A stretch of 54,331 nucleotides of DNA. It comes from Catajapyx aquilonaris. Taxonomy: Eukaryota. The notes under the pieces are model-generated. The model had not been told where the DNA came from and made no database searches. It was given only the letters and a program-made list of their open reading frames with translations. Each line of letters opens with the position of its first letter. The stretch's first letter is position 1. Both the position numbers and the translations under genes were made by a program. Location: NCBI GenBank assembly GCA_000934665.2, contig KZ538680.1, forward strand, positions 1 through 54,331, read 5' to 3'. Shown here piece after piece: positions 22,683 to 35,087 of the stretch.

Positions 22683-25600
22683 TCAGTCCGGAGCCCTGGA
22701 CGAGGTGTCGGTGGCTGCCCCTGAAGAGGATTCGCCTTGAGACTTTGACGTGGACGCAGTGGCCTGGTCCGGTTGGCTGCTTGGTCCCGCTGTGTCTGGA
22801 ATTTAAAGAAGGCTGTTAGCCGTTGTTGGTAACCACGATCAACAGGCTAAGATGCAATGTGGATGGCCTGGTTTGTCTAAGGGGCACCGAAAAGATCATC
22901 ATTGTCTACGTTGCTACCAGTTGGTTTCTCAGCATTTCTGACCTCTACATTTTAGGCTTGCTCTGGGCATATCTAGCCACCAGGAACTGGATACCTAGTT
23001 TTGTCTCACCCTGTAGCAGAATTAGGTCAGGCTGCAAGGCTAGGTCAACATAAATGGTTGCATTACCAGAGCCTGTTAATGACTCTGAAATACACTTCAG
23101 TTGCATTTTGTCAAATCCAGCCTTAGGATTTGAGCCTATAATCTCGTTCGCATACAGAAATCCAATAAAATCGGGTGCAAATCCAATCCAAAATACAGGT
23201 GCTTGCATGATTATTCTGTAACGTTTCCTGACAGCCACAGTGTCGATAACAGTTTGTGACAAGGGCAAACCAGACCCAGAAACAGGTGTCAGGGCAAATG
23301 ATTATTATCAGCATGAGAGGCGAGTGCAGTGCTCCAAATGTCCATTAGCCTACATGCCATATATTCTATTAAGCCGCCTGTCAATCTGTCAACTCTGAAT
23401 TGAACAAAGTGATGTCAATGTACAAACAGCTGGGAGTGCAACAAATGCTTCATCAGTGGAGTTCAGTGTATACATGGGAACTAAAGCCACGACCTGCAAG
23501 AAGAGGAACACAAATCGGTAAATGAGATCATAAGGTGGAGGAAGACGAGCACTCAGAATCCTTTGCCAATTGAGTTAAATTAAGGTAAGCTAAAAGGACA
23601 TTTCAGGGGATCTGAAAGGAACTAATGGAGAAATCTGGAGATAACAAGGGAAGCTATACGGGGTAAATCCAAATGAACTGAAGAAAAAACTGGCTGCAGA
23701 GGTTACATCAGATTAAGCAAAGTGTAAAGATGCTTAATGAACAAACGCTGCAGTAATTAAAACCGCACGTAGTACGTACAGAGTACCTGTAACAACTGAA
23801 GTCAGGATTTGCTACGAACGATATCATCCCATGATCACAGTATTGTGACGCAGTGGTATGCAGATAATAATTAATACATGATTGGTCTGTTTCACACAAC
23901 TGGAAGCTAAAGTACGCAATTCAAAAGGCAATGGGTAAAAAAAAACCTCCAAATGGAAGAGCTGTGGGGGGGGGGGGGGGGGGNATTAACTCGCAATTAG
24001 CGGTTCCAGGTAATTAAATTGGGTATGCAAACTGAATATGCAAATCTGTGCTGCTGGTTGCACGCGAGGGGGAAAATGAAGCACAACTTTAATGGTGGAA
24101 GTTTAACGATGCTTTGGCCTTCATAAATTAATGACGCTACTTCGGGCGGATCCAAGAAAGCCGAATTCACGCACCAGTTTTCTTAGGTTTAATGAAACAC
24201 ACACTTCATTGCTGATGTTATCTCGACAAGAGTTGGAATAGAGAATGCAAATTAAATGGTCTTGCAAAATATTAACGCGCATTATTTCGCACCCTTAACA
24301 GGGAGTTCTCATTAGTGAATAGGAGCTGTTCATATAAAAAGGATAGGAGGCAGCCTCCGGGGCGATGGAAGTTGATTTATACTAATTGTCTCGGTTAAAG
24401 TTGGGTTTATTAGGAAGGAGCCAAAGCAACTATGGCTATCCGGTTATTATAAGACACGAAGGTGGGACAGATGAAGAGAGAAACGAAGAGGAAAAAGAAG
24501 AGAGGAAAGACTGGTATCGCTCATAGACTGTCTCCTATCCCAAAGACCCGCGCTGCCAGTAGATGTAACTACTGCCGGCATAGCTCTTTGGGGCCATGGG
24601 AGAAACCACCACGACAAGGTGAAGATACCATCGGGGGGATATCTCGATAATGAGATGGCGTAGACCAGATGGCACCTCTACATAAAGTGTTCCTATGGTG
24701 CCCAGGAGTTCACCCTGGGTGCTGGTTCGAATCATTATGCAACACCCGGTGATTTCCCCTCCAGCTACGCATCCACAAAGCAAACCGCATTGAGACACTC
24801 TGGAGTAGGGTTCAGGCGAGGTCAGGCATGGACAGAGGGTGTGTCACTGACCTGCCAGCAAAACACTGGAGCTTCCCGAAATAGCCCCACAAACTCCCAT
24901 CGATCCTGTCTCTTCCCCCCCCCTCCAAATCCCCTCCTCGTTTTTCTGGAGCACACACACGGGCGTTGCCATGGGAGACACCCCCGCTCCTTCCTTCCTA
25001 TTCCTCCCCCACCAAGCCTCTCGCCCACTTTAAATCCTCCTCGGCGCCAATAACTGTCACTGTCCGGACAGGGGAACCCGCTACAAGTGTCCACTTCTGA
25101 CCTCTTCTATCCGTCTCCAAAGTCTCTTGGCCAAGAACAAGTAACAAGGAGACATGGTCTGGCTGGGGCTCAATTGCCTCACCGTTAGCAACAATGAGGA
25201 GCCAGCCAGTTCAGGACGTGACAATTAGGCAGCCAGTGACTTTGTCGAGACTCTACAGACAGGCCACGCTAACTTGCCATTGACGTCATCGTTTTGTTTA
25301 CCAGTTCCTAATGCCATCAGGGGTGCGTTGGGCAGATTTCCGTTGATTAGGAATTGGGAAACAAAACGATGACGTCAATGGCAAGTTAGGGTGGTCTGCC
25401 TAGATAATATTGCATGGAGTGTATAATTGTATTCACTTGCCAACTTAAAGCTGGAACAGTCTCATAATATCTCCCTTTATTCATTTTAATGCGTAAACAT
25501 TGAGTGAATTTTATAATTCCCACTCACTGAATTTAAAAAAAACGCACTCAATGCATATATTTTATGCATTAAAATGAATAAAGGGAAATATTATTCGCAT

Positions 25601-27259
25601 ATCCCGAGTTGGCAAGTGAATAAAATAATGCACTACATGTTTTCAGTGTTTACTATAATGAGCTCATGAGTTAATTGAGCCACCAGCAGGAACACGCCCC
25701 TCATTTGACACGCGCAAAACCTTGTTGTTCACAACATCTGTTGAATCTTGTGCAAATATTTCGCAACTGGGTTCTTCGCAGTGTTCGCAGATGAGACATA
25801 ATTTTATTAAATCATAAATTTCGTGTATTTCGACTCAAAAAAAATCGCAGTTTTCTGACGTTTCCCTAAATCAGCGGTAGGTAAGCCAAGTTTCACCACT
25901 CTCAGAACTCCGGAAGTGGGTCAGGTAGCCGTGGCATCCACATAAATACCAACAAACTTCCTGTTTTATATATGTAAGATTCAAGTAACGTATACTAATA
26001 TTGGAATATTCGTTCAGTCTGTTGCCGTATTTTTTTTTTCGCAATTTCCGCTTGGTTTTTCGCTCCATTTTCCTCGGGAATCGAATTGCTCGACAGGGCC
26101 TGAAAACGCGGGAAATTTAATTGTCCAATCAGAGTGGAGGTGTGGAAAAGAGGGGGGGCTGGGGGTGTTGTGACTCCCTGAGTCCCTGTAATGAAATTCC
26201 CAGTCCGGGAGATTCGGNGGGGGGTTTCATAGTGCGAAATGGCGTTTGCATGACCACAACCTCCCCCAGAAGTTCCCCCAGAGGACCCTCCACAGGATCC
26301 TAATTACGGTTGGCACGCCTGTCAAAGCACTACGGCTAATTACGTCACTCCTCCGGGGAAATCCAGCCAATGGACTACAGGCGCCTCTCCCGTCGCAATA
26401 CGCACCACTTTGTTTGTTCCCCTTTAACATTTGCGGTGGACAGGAAGAAGCAGACAATATTTTACACACGGGGTGTTTGGCATCATGGGTCTGTGCCTGT
26501 GTTTGTCTCGCATGACCCTGAGAGTGGCAGTACTCACGCCCCAAGGAGAAACACCCTATCTCCAAAACGACACTGTAAACCGCAAAACATTAAAAGAGCA
26601 TGACTGATGAGTTTCGCGTCGAGCATCAAATTTTTAATGCTCTTCTACGAAGCATCACAAGAGCATTAAAAATTGATGCTCCATGAGAGATTCACCAGCG
26701 ATTCTCTGTTAATGTTTTGCGGTTTACAGTGTAGTAAGGGTGAAAGTTGCATGCATGCCCTGCACTAATAGCTTTGGAGATAGGGTATTTCTCCTTGGGA
26801 TGGCAGTACAGTGTTGGACATAAATCGAGTCATACTACTAGTGACATTTTCCGAAGGGGCAAAAGAAGGAATCTTGCTCGCCCGGCTTGAAGTATCCTTA
26901 TCTTCGATTCCTTTTTCTGCCACTTCGGAAAATGTCGCTATCAGTATGCCTCGATTAACGTCCAACACCGTACTGCCACTCGTGCAGGGCATGCATGCAA
27001 CTTTCACCCTTTACTAGTTTTGGAGATAGGGTGTTTCTCCTTAGGACGGCAGATGTAGTTGTGAGTTGTGACTGGTAAACTCACCGTCCATGGTCATCTT
27101 GTCTAGCTCTGCGTGCAGGTTCCCAGCTCCGGTGGAGGCTGCGTTTTGGTCCCGGATGTCCGGGAGTGCGTTGCGTCGTCCGGTGCGTCCCGTGTTGAGG
27201 AAGTCCTGGACAGCATCGCCCGCCGTCGGGTCCTGCTGCTGCGAGGTGCCCATCACCAT
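22683..27259 (-). CDS. PKI: cAMP-dependent protein kinase inhibitor (PKI family), about 95 aa
   Basis: Exon 27259-27085 encodes MVMGTS...DFLNTGRTGRRNALPDI...LHAELDKMTMD, with the PKI pseudosubstrate GRTGRRNA and an NES-like segment. Phase-1 intron (gtgagt...ttccag) to exon 22795-22683, which encodes an S/T-rich tail and TGA. Total 288 nt in frame. Confidence 0.92.
25257..25401. mobile_element. Foldback MITE-like element carrying two TGACGTCA sites
   Basis: Arms CTAACTTGCCATTGACGTCATCGTTTTGTTT / AAACAAAACGATGACGTCAATGGCAAGTTAG. Confidence 0.75.
25413..25639. mobile_element. AT-rich foldback element
   Basis: TATTCACTTGCCAACT / AGTTGGCAAGTGAATA and CCCTTTATTCATTTTAATGC / GCATTAAAATGAATAAAGGG. 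Confidence 0.75.
26541..27043. mobile_element. Nested foldback elements in the PKI intron
   Basis: Outer arms AAGGAGAAACACCCTATCTCCAAAAC / GTTTTGGAGATAGGGTGTTTCTCCTT and GGGTGAAAGTTGCATGCATGCCCTGCAC with its reverse complement. An inner CACTGTAAACCGCAAAACATTAA...TTAATGTTTTGCGGTTTACAGTG element (about 26571-26730) interrupts the left arm. Confidence 0.85.
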
Positions 27260-27559
27260 CCTCCTCGTCTCACTCACTCCCTAGTCATGGGCACACCTGA
27301 AACAACACAACAACAAAATAATCACTATAATATCATTACAGTTACTCCGTTAGTTTACTCTCTGTTACAATGTTGTGATTACAAAAACATTCTGAAAAGG
27401 CTTGCAAGGACCGACCAGAGAACGTTTAACACAGGACATGTATTCGCATGTTCTTGGGCACTTTTCCAGATCCTGCCTAAAAATTGAGGTTGACGTGACG
27501 TCACGCCACAGTCCCCCGGACCCAATTTGACCGGAGCCAATCGAACAGGGGGGGGGGGG

Positions 27560-27681
27560 NNNNNNNNNNNNNNNNNNNNNNNNNNNNNNNNNNNNNNNNN
27601 NNNNNNNNNNNNNNNNNNNNNNNNNNNNNNNNNNNNNNNNNNNNNNNNNNNNNNNNNNNNNNNNNNNNNNNNNNNNNNNNN
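27560..27681. other. Assembly gap (N run)
   Basis: Ns preceded by poly-G. Confidence 0.99.
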
Positions 27682-28233
27682 TCTAGTGCAAATCCATAAC
27701 ACAAGGTGCTGCAAATGTCGCTTTTGTCATTGTTTTTTTTTTTTTTTGCTAAGAACTGCAGAAATCCTTTGTACAGGATATCAGCAATGGATACAAGACA
27801 CGGGCCTCATTAACTCCCTGTATTTACCATACTGCATGTCTGCCACTGACTGATACCGGGTATTTACCATTGAATTAGCCTCCCATCCCTCCCCCTCCTT
27901 CCTCATGAAATGGGGATTAAGGGCAAACAGAGCTGAGCTTTTTTTCCCCCAATGATCAGCCCTGGAGAGCTTTTCCAGCCAAACGGGCCAATAAAAAGCC
28001 GGCATTCACAGCCCCAGTTATAATAATTACTGCTTTCATGATCACCAATACATTACTCCACCCAAGGGCTCGCCACCATGCCAGCTGCAGGGAATATTCC
28101 CTTTTGCTTCTGCTCACTTGTCCGCTTGACCTGTCAATCGCAGCTGACCCTGCCTGCGCAACATAACCAACATTGCAGGGCATGTGTTTCAACTGAACCT
28201 TTCAGTTACTAACTTCACATTGGGTGTCAACTG

Positions 28234-28287
28234 GTACACTCTTAACCATTTACCTTCTCTAGAGAGGGTAAATGGTTAAGAGTGTAC
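28234..28287. repeat. 54-bp near-perfect palindrome
   Basis: GTACACTCTTAACCATTTACC-TTCTCTAGAGAG-GGTAAATGGTTAAGAGTGTAC; one mismatch, no loop. Confidence 0.92.
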
Positions 28288-28309
28288 TATACGTCAGACA
28301 ACTAGACAG

Positions 28310-28402
28310 GCCACCACCAGTTGGCGAATAGGCTCTCCCTCTGCACATTACTGCCACTCTCGGGGAGAAAGTAGTACTACATGCACGTTGGTGATGAGTA
28401 AC
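28310..28402. repeat. Dispersed short repeat (second copy at about 31392-31478)
   Basis: Both loci share CCAC(C/T)ACCAGTTGGCG(A/C)ATAGGCT ... ACTACATGCAC..GGTGATGAGT. Confidence 0.7.
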
Positions 28403-29598
28403 TGCCTGGACAAAGTCCACCAGGGAGCTATACTACTCTGTCCTCTAATTGCGGAGTCATGGCTTGTGAATTCTGTACGTATGATTATTAGAGGTGGAAC
28501 TAATCAATATGGCGTGAGGGGGGAAACACTTTAATTAGACGACGGAATCGACCTTTCTTCGCCTCCAAAACTGTCTCGGAGCTTGACCTTGTGGCAACAA
28601 CCATTATACGGAAAGAAGAAGAAGAAGAAAAAAAATTGGGTGATCGATAATGCTGATTCCGAAATAACATTTGACGCCCTGCCCCCGACCCCTTCCTCTT
28701 GCCGCTGCCGCCACACATTCGATGTCTCCATGGCGACAACGTGTTGAATACCAGAACGAACAAGCGATTTTGCAAATTTTGACAATCAACTTGCCTCATT
28801 GTGCCTTCCAGGAGGTGCCTTTAAAAAAACATGGTCGGAGGAATAGAGAGAGACGCCATCGTTTTTTTTTCTTTTCTTTTCTTTCCAAGAATGGATTTTG
28901 CCATCAAGATTTAAGTGGAAGTTGTCGACGTCAACGTGACACTGGAAAAGATGAATCATAGTCTTCCCTGCAAGACTGGTGTACTGTAACATTGCTGAAC
29001 ATTTATGATGTCGTGCAGTTGGTGGCAAAAGAGCGAATTAGCAGCCGCCCCCACAGTACGTCACAATAAATGCCCAGCGATGTACGCAATCCGATATTTT
29101 CAAGCTCACATTGATGACAACATCATACCTATAGGCAGCACAGCAACAATGGGCCGGCCCTGTGGCTTTGTTGTCTTGCCAGTGAAATAATCAGCTCGCA
29201 CTTAATTAGATGATGCAGGTCCGCACAATGAGTACACACCTGTTTGAATTGCGTGTGACGCCAGACGCAGGTCCAATTACGCAACTGCTTTGTTGGCTCC
29301 AGGCCAAATACTATATCGTGGCACCTTTTGATTGGGCATTGTTGATGTGCATCACGCGATCTGTTTTCAATCCCTGTCACAGGCGACAGACACCCCGACA
29401 CAAAGCGGTGCGATGCATCCGGTTTTGTCGCACCGATGCATAACAGTTGCGTAACAGTTGCATGTCACTGTACACCAGGTAAACACAGCTTGCCATGCTG
29501 CACAGTAGAACGTAAACAATATAGACATCGCCTCTCTATTTACACCTTATATGAACGACGTAGAACACAAGGAAGAACTGGGCAACGGAATTACTATA

Positions 29599-30016
29599 CA
29601 GGGTGTTCATGAACAACACCGACAAACCTATACCACCCCCTACCTAGGCACCAGAGGTTCACTTTATGTAGAGGAGTCATTATGTCTAGACCGCCTCCTT
29701 ACTGAGATATTGACCCACCTGCTCTTCAGCAATTTTTGCCTAATCGCTCCTTCTGACTTTTAAATAGAATTTGCAGGTATAACTAGCCATAGAGCCCTTA
29801 CCACCTGTGGGCAAGAAACCAACAAAGTCCGGCCTTCTGACTGCGGTAGAGTTCGTTGGGTGGCCTAACTTCCAGGATATTGTATACTGCCTGCTTGAAG
29901 GCAATTTGCGCGGTAATGAGGCGGCCCAGGCACAATCACTCCTCTGCATAAAGTGAACCTCTGGTGTCTAGGTAGGGGGTGGTATAGGTTTGTCGGTGCT
30001 GTTCATGAACACCCTG
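29599..30016. mobile_element. Tc1/mariner-type MITE with long TIRs (about 110 bp)
   Basis: TA|CAGGGTGTTCATGAACA...TGTTCATGAACACCCTG|TA. Arms include CACCGACAAACCTATACCACCCCCTACCTAG and its reverse complement. Confidence 0.9.
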
Positions 30017-33000
30017 TATAATGATTGCCAGAGATTTCCCTCCTTGATTTACGAGGAATTCTTGAGGATTGTGCCAAAATCTTCTGCGACACACGCAGCA
30101 GTATTTGCCTATTAATTTTCTAATCTTAAACTACTAACGGTTGTAACAACTCCAATTACAGGCTAACTTCCTATATACCAAGTACACGTATATTCGCCAA
30201 TACGTTGATAGTTTCTCATTACTAGTTTGATATTCCGTCACGTCTCTCGATTGCCATGCCAAACTTTCCCCCGCTTTTATGGATCCATCTAATTTATACT
30301 CGAAGGCCTCCTACTTGACATGTAACAGCTGGTTATTCATGACGCAAACTAATAGCAATCATTGCCTGATTTGGATCACGTGTCCAAAATGTCACTTCTC
30401 CAGAAACTTCCAGAATTTTCCTGGACAATGATGTACGTAATGCTGTACCGAATGATACTTCAAGACCGGGAGAAAGAGTGCCCATTGAATATTTGATTCA
30501 ATATATGTGCTTACCACAAATAATTTGAAGTCACGAGTCTTGGTATTGCCCTCCTTTTATATATTCCCCTGTATTGACAGCAGACGATTTGTTTCCGGGC
30601 TCTTCGGACGTCAATACCTCGGGTTGACTATCGTCGTGAAATAATCCATATGTATAGTACGGCCAGTCTGTCGATGTGCCTGGCGTCATGACTCGAGAGG
30701 TGACGTGGCCATCAGGAGATTGTCTATCGGTCCTAAATTCATGCGCGCAGCCCACCCTTGCAATTATCTCCGTCCCCATCTTTCCTACAGTGCCACCACC
30801 ATTAAACAGTGTGTCTCATAAAATGACTTTGACAAACATCCAGTCCAGAGTTCCTCGACATCTCGGGATCACCCATAAGTTCCTCGAGGCCTCGTTACCA
30901 AGGCAAACAGGGGTCATATTATATCCTGGAAGTTTTCTACGTCGATGGCACCACAAACTCGGAGTATTCCTCGCCAAAATCGGTGGTACCTATATCGATA
31001 CGTGCAAAAAAGAGAAAAAAAAGTTGCGCAAATCCCCATCTGTCCACATCCCCAGATTTTTAAAAAAACGGTGTATTTCCATCCAGGGTTGTCATGGCCG
31101 CGACACAAAAGGAGGGTTTTGATGGTTGTGGGGCTCTTGTGCTATATTCGCCTCTCCTATAGCTCTCTCGACCCGAGAGCGCATCAGGAATCCCATTTTC
31201 GCTGCGCAGATATTTCGCCAATCAAATGTGCAACACATCTCCCGACAATCCATCCCAAATGTCTTATAGATTCCTATAGTCGCTGATTTGTGGGCTTCAT
31301 CACAGACCATTTTCTTTACAGAGTTGTAGCGAACCAGTTACCAAAATTTGGCAACACTGCCCGGACCGCTCCCCAATTGGACGTATACATGCCACTACCA
31401 GTTGGCGCATAGGCTGCACACTACACGCGCTCCACGTGGTGACTATGGTAACTACATGCACCTAGGTGATGAGTCAACACTTGTAGGGACAGAGTCACGC
31501 CTATAGCCAATTCTACAAGCTACAAACGATTTGGCATTTGTAATGGAGGAAATTATGCTGGCGACATTATAGTTGGATATTACACAATCGTATGATGCAG
31601 TTTTGCGCAATTTGGTTTTTGGCAGTTGTTGCAGGGCATGTCAACCTTGCATAAAAAAGAGGAGGGGGGGGGGNNNGGGGGGGGGGGGGGGGGGTTATGC
31701 CCGCGAGTCATGCTCCGGTGACATCACCCGGCTGGCCAAATATGACCTATTTGGCAGTGTTGCCATATTGGCAAGGGAAGCTGCATTCCCTCGCTAATTT
31801 TACACCCATGCACTTAAAGTGCGTTTCATAAAAATAAAAATAAAAAGACGCGCGCAACACATAGACGTATTCCTCAGAATTATTTGACGCCATTATCAAC
31901 GGCACTTGATGTCTGGATCGTATTCGATCGCATGTCGGCAGCAGTTGGACAAGTGTCATCGACAGGAGGAATCAATCAAGACTGATTAACAATGTAGTTA
32001 TGTCAGTCGTGACGTCATCCATTGTCATCGCCGCTTACAGGACCAACAATGAAAGCGGATCAAGATGCTGCCAACAATGGCAAATATTCGGGAGGGCATC
32101 TTTGCTTCCCATTCATCCCTGTGCAATGACAACACACGTCGGCTGAACGTTTAAAGAATGGCACACGTTTAACCGTGTTGCGCAGATAACCTGGCGCTTC
32201 AACAATGCATTGAAAATAACTGCTATCAGTTTAATCGGCTATCCATGTATCGATTCGGGGCAAGAGGAGGTCAATAACTTCACTTCCCCTTTCCCCCCTC
32301 CCCATCACCTTTCCACATATTATACAATAATGCAACACGATTTCCAACACGTGTGACGTCACACCTTTATTGTGTAAGTAACCCCGCATGCATTGTTGCC
32401 AAAAAGTACTCACCGCTGGATCCCCATCGGCGCCGAACTTGGCTTGGTCACTGGTCACGTGATTGACCCCATGTCAGGGCTGCAACCAATTGGAGGAAAA
32501 AAAGGGGGGCATTGTTAGATTGCATTGTTGCGAGGGAGAGGTCAAAGGTCTGACCTGTGGTCGATTTTTTTTAAAAAAAGGTAAAAATAATAAAAAAAAG
32601 GGGGGCGGCACGAGTGAAGTTGTGAGGTGTCCGTCCGACCGACGCGGGTATCCGACGAGTACTGGCACCGACGCCGACGACGCCTTTCCCCAGGAAACAA
32701 AACTGAGTTGGTAGAGGGGGGGTTGGAAATAAAACCTTTTTGCAACAAGTCCCAGAAAACCGCGCACAGTTATTGAACATTATCGAGCCAACACTGCTGG
32801 AAACACTCGCGACATGCCAAGTGGGATTCCACTGCAAATATTGTCCATCCTAGCAACCCACATGCCACTGCACATTATTTTTTTAAATTAACTATCAGGT
32901 TGCTGGAGGGAACAACGCTGCTTCCCTCACTGGACTATTAAATGGTATTGCTGGAATTGCAGCTCATTTAAAATATTTACCAAATTTAACCCATGAAATA

Positions 33001-33937
33001 ATTCAGGCATACCACCCGAGTTAATAAGCTGTGGTTGCAATGTTGATGATTAGCGGCTGTAACAAGGTTGGAAGGTCATATTTGTCGGCTAACTTAATTG
33101 TGATTAAAGTCTGCACCTGGATTGGATCTATTGGAGCAAGAGATCCGCGAATGAACCTTAATCAGCCTAATGAACAAAGGCAGCCTTGGTTCCACGCCCT
33201 GAGATAATCAGATTTGGACCTCACCTGCAAGCTGATTGGCTCTCTTTTTTTTTTGCTTGCTCAGGCTTCAAAGCAGGTGGGTGGGGTACGGAATTTTTGC
33301 TAAACAGTAATAATATTTTAAGCAACAAGTTGGTGAAGCGAGCAATTTTAAGGGAATACACAGAGTATACTCCAAACCAAAGGAAACATTAACTGCCAGG
33401 CCAATTCTGATCCAATTTGGTGGCAGCCGCAGAGCTCAAAAAAAAAGGGCAGCCTCCAGATCAAACAGCGTGAGAAAAAGCTCATCACACTAAGCAAACA
33501 CCATTGTCAATACCACCAGTGTTTGAAGTTCCATTGTCGGAAATGAAAATGAGAAATTCCGTGAGGCCTACTCCCTACTGTGCACACACAAAAATATGCA
33601 TATTACAACAAAGCTTGCCGAAAATATCATGCATTCTTTACAGTCGCGGGGACTCCCGAAAAGGCCCATTAAATTGCATCCTCGGTTTCTCCATGAAATC
33701 CACACATCATAAGGAATAAATAACGATCTCTTTTTTGCCATTTACTGCACTATTGTCCTCTGATGTATATTTCCTTCTTAGAGTTTAGTTCACAGGAGAT
33801 CTATTCAGCGTCGTGAGGGCCTTATCATGCCTAAATAATCATGATTAAATTGGAATATGGGATGGGATAAAGATGACACTGAGCCAGAAGTTCCTGATGT
33901 AACTAGCTTGACTATGTCATAAACTGACACATAATTA

Positions 33938-34106
33938 AGGCCCATACACACAGGCCGTCGAAGGTTTTGGTTTTTGGTCAACGCCGCAGACCAATCATGA
34001 CTCATGTAAACAAGCGCAACCCATTGTTTAGAGCTTGTTTACATGGGTCATGATTGGTCAACGCAACCAAAAACCAAAACCGTCGACGGCCTGTGTGTAT
34101 GGGCCT
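33938..34106. mobile_element. PIF/Harbinger (Tourist-like) foldback MITE
   Basis: TTA|AGGCCCATACACACAGGCCGTCG...CGACGGCCTGTGTGTATGGGCCT|TTA; 3-bp TTA TSD; nearly fully palindromic. Confidence 0.85.
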
Positions 34107-35087
34107 TTATGTGACTGATTAATTATTCATAGTTCCCGTTCAATTAATTAGGAAGATTAGGATGATGATGCACACGAGACAAGTTTATGGGTGAGACAAG
34201 AAGCCATGTAGCAAAATATATATGAATAAAATTAGTGACCTCAGTGAAAATACTGTCTACGGAACAATCTGATTCATGTGAAAGAGACAAAATGACAACT
34301 GGAAAATGACGGGTCAACCGGGGAAGTGTAAAACTTCCAAGAACAGCTTCTCGTAAGATGTGGAAATATTTTGAATATTAATTACTGCCAAATTAAAAAA
34401 TGCAAGCAGGCCATTCGATTGCATAGAAAGACCTTCCTGTTTTCGTGGGTGTCTTTTGTTGGAAATTGCATCTCCTCACTGGATGATTTACAGATCATTT
34501 GCATAACTTCAATTGCCAAGTGACTCATAATTTTTATAAGGCAATATTTTGTATTTTCCTAGCCAGATTTGTACGTAACCTTCTAGAGCGTGTGTAAACA
34601 ATTCGGATGGTGATTTACTCTTCGGATAAAGTCCGACACACGTTGCATTTAGAGTTGCTGGCACATGACAGTCCACTGTCGCGAGGGGGGTTGATCGCCA
34701 ATTTGCGGACGGCAAACACGGACTAGTTCCGATATTCCCTCGCCTCCCGATGCACGACCCTCCACGGAATCATGGAGCCATGCCTACCTGTGTCCAGAGC
34801 GGGCCTGTGCTCCGGAAAATCCAGGTTTCCCCGGAGAAGAGTCACTTTTTCAACACAAAGGGGCGGCCATCTTGGATCAGGCAGAAGTTGTTACCTGATC
34901 AATGATGGCGGCCTATTTCACTTAATGCCATTCAGCCAACGCAATTTACCATCGTTAATGAATGTTCTTAATCCATCATATGCTAATTTAATAATTACAA
35001 TAAATTATGGACAGTAATTAACTCAATACCCGCATTACATGTGAACACTTTGCTCTTAACCCGCGGATTGAACAGTTGCGATCCAAA

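Noticed and set aside
22293..22740. ORFs spanning N gaps, and poly-G/C tracts as G-quadruplexes
   Set aside because: Gap artefacts; homopolymer lengths next to Ns (also about 23970, 27550, 31670) are unreliable.
28724..28737. RFX X-box-like GTCTCCATGGCGAC
   Set aside because: Single degenerate match with no known TSS nearby; could be chance.
31084..31359. Possible hAT MITE (CAGGGTTGTCA...TGGCAACACTG)
   Set aside because: Short imperfect TIR and no matching 8-bp TSD.
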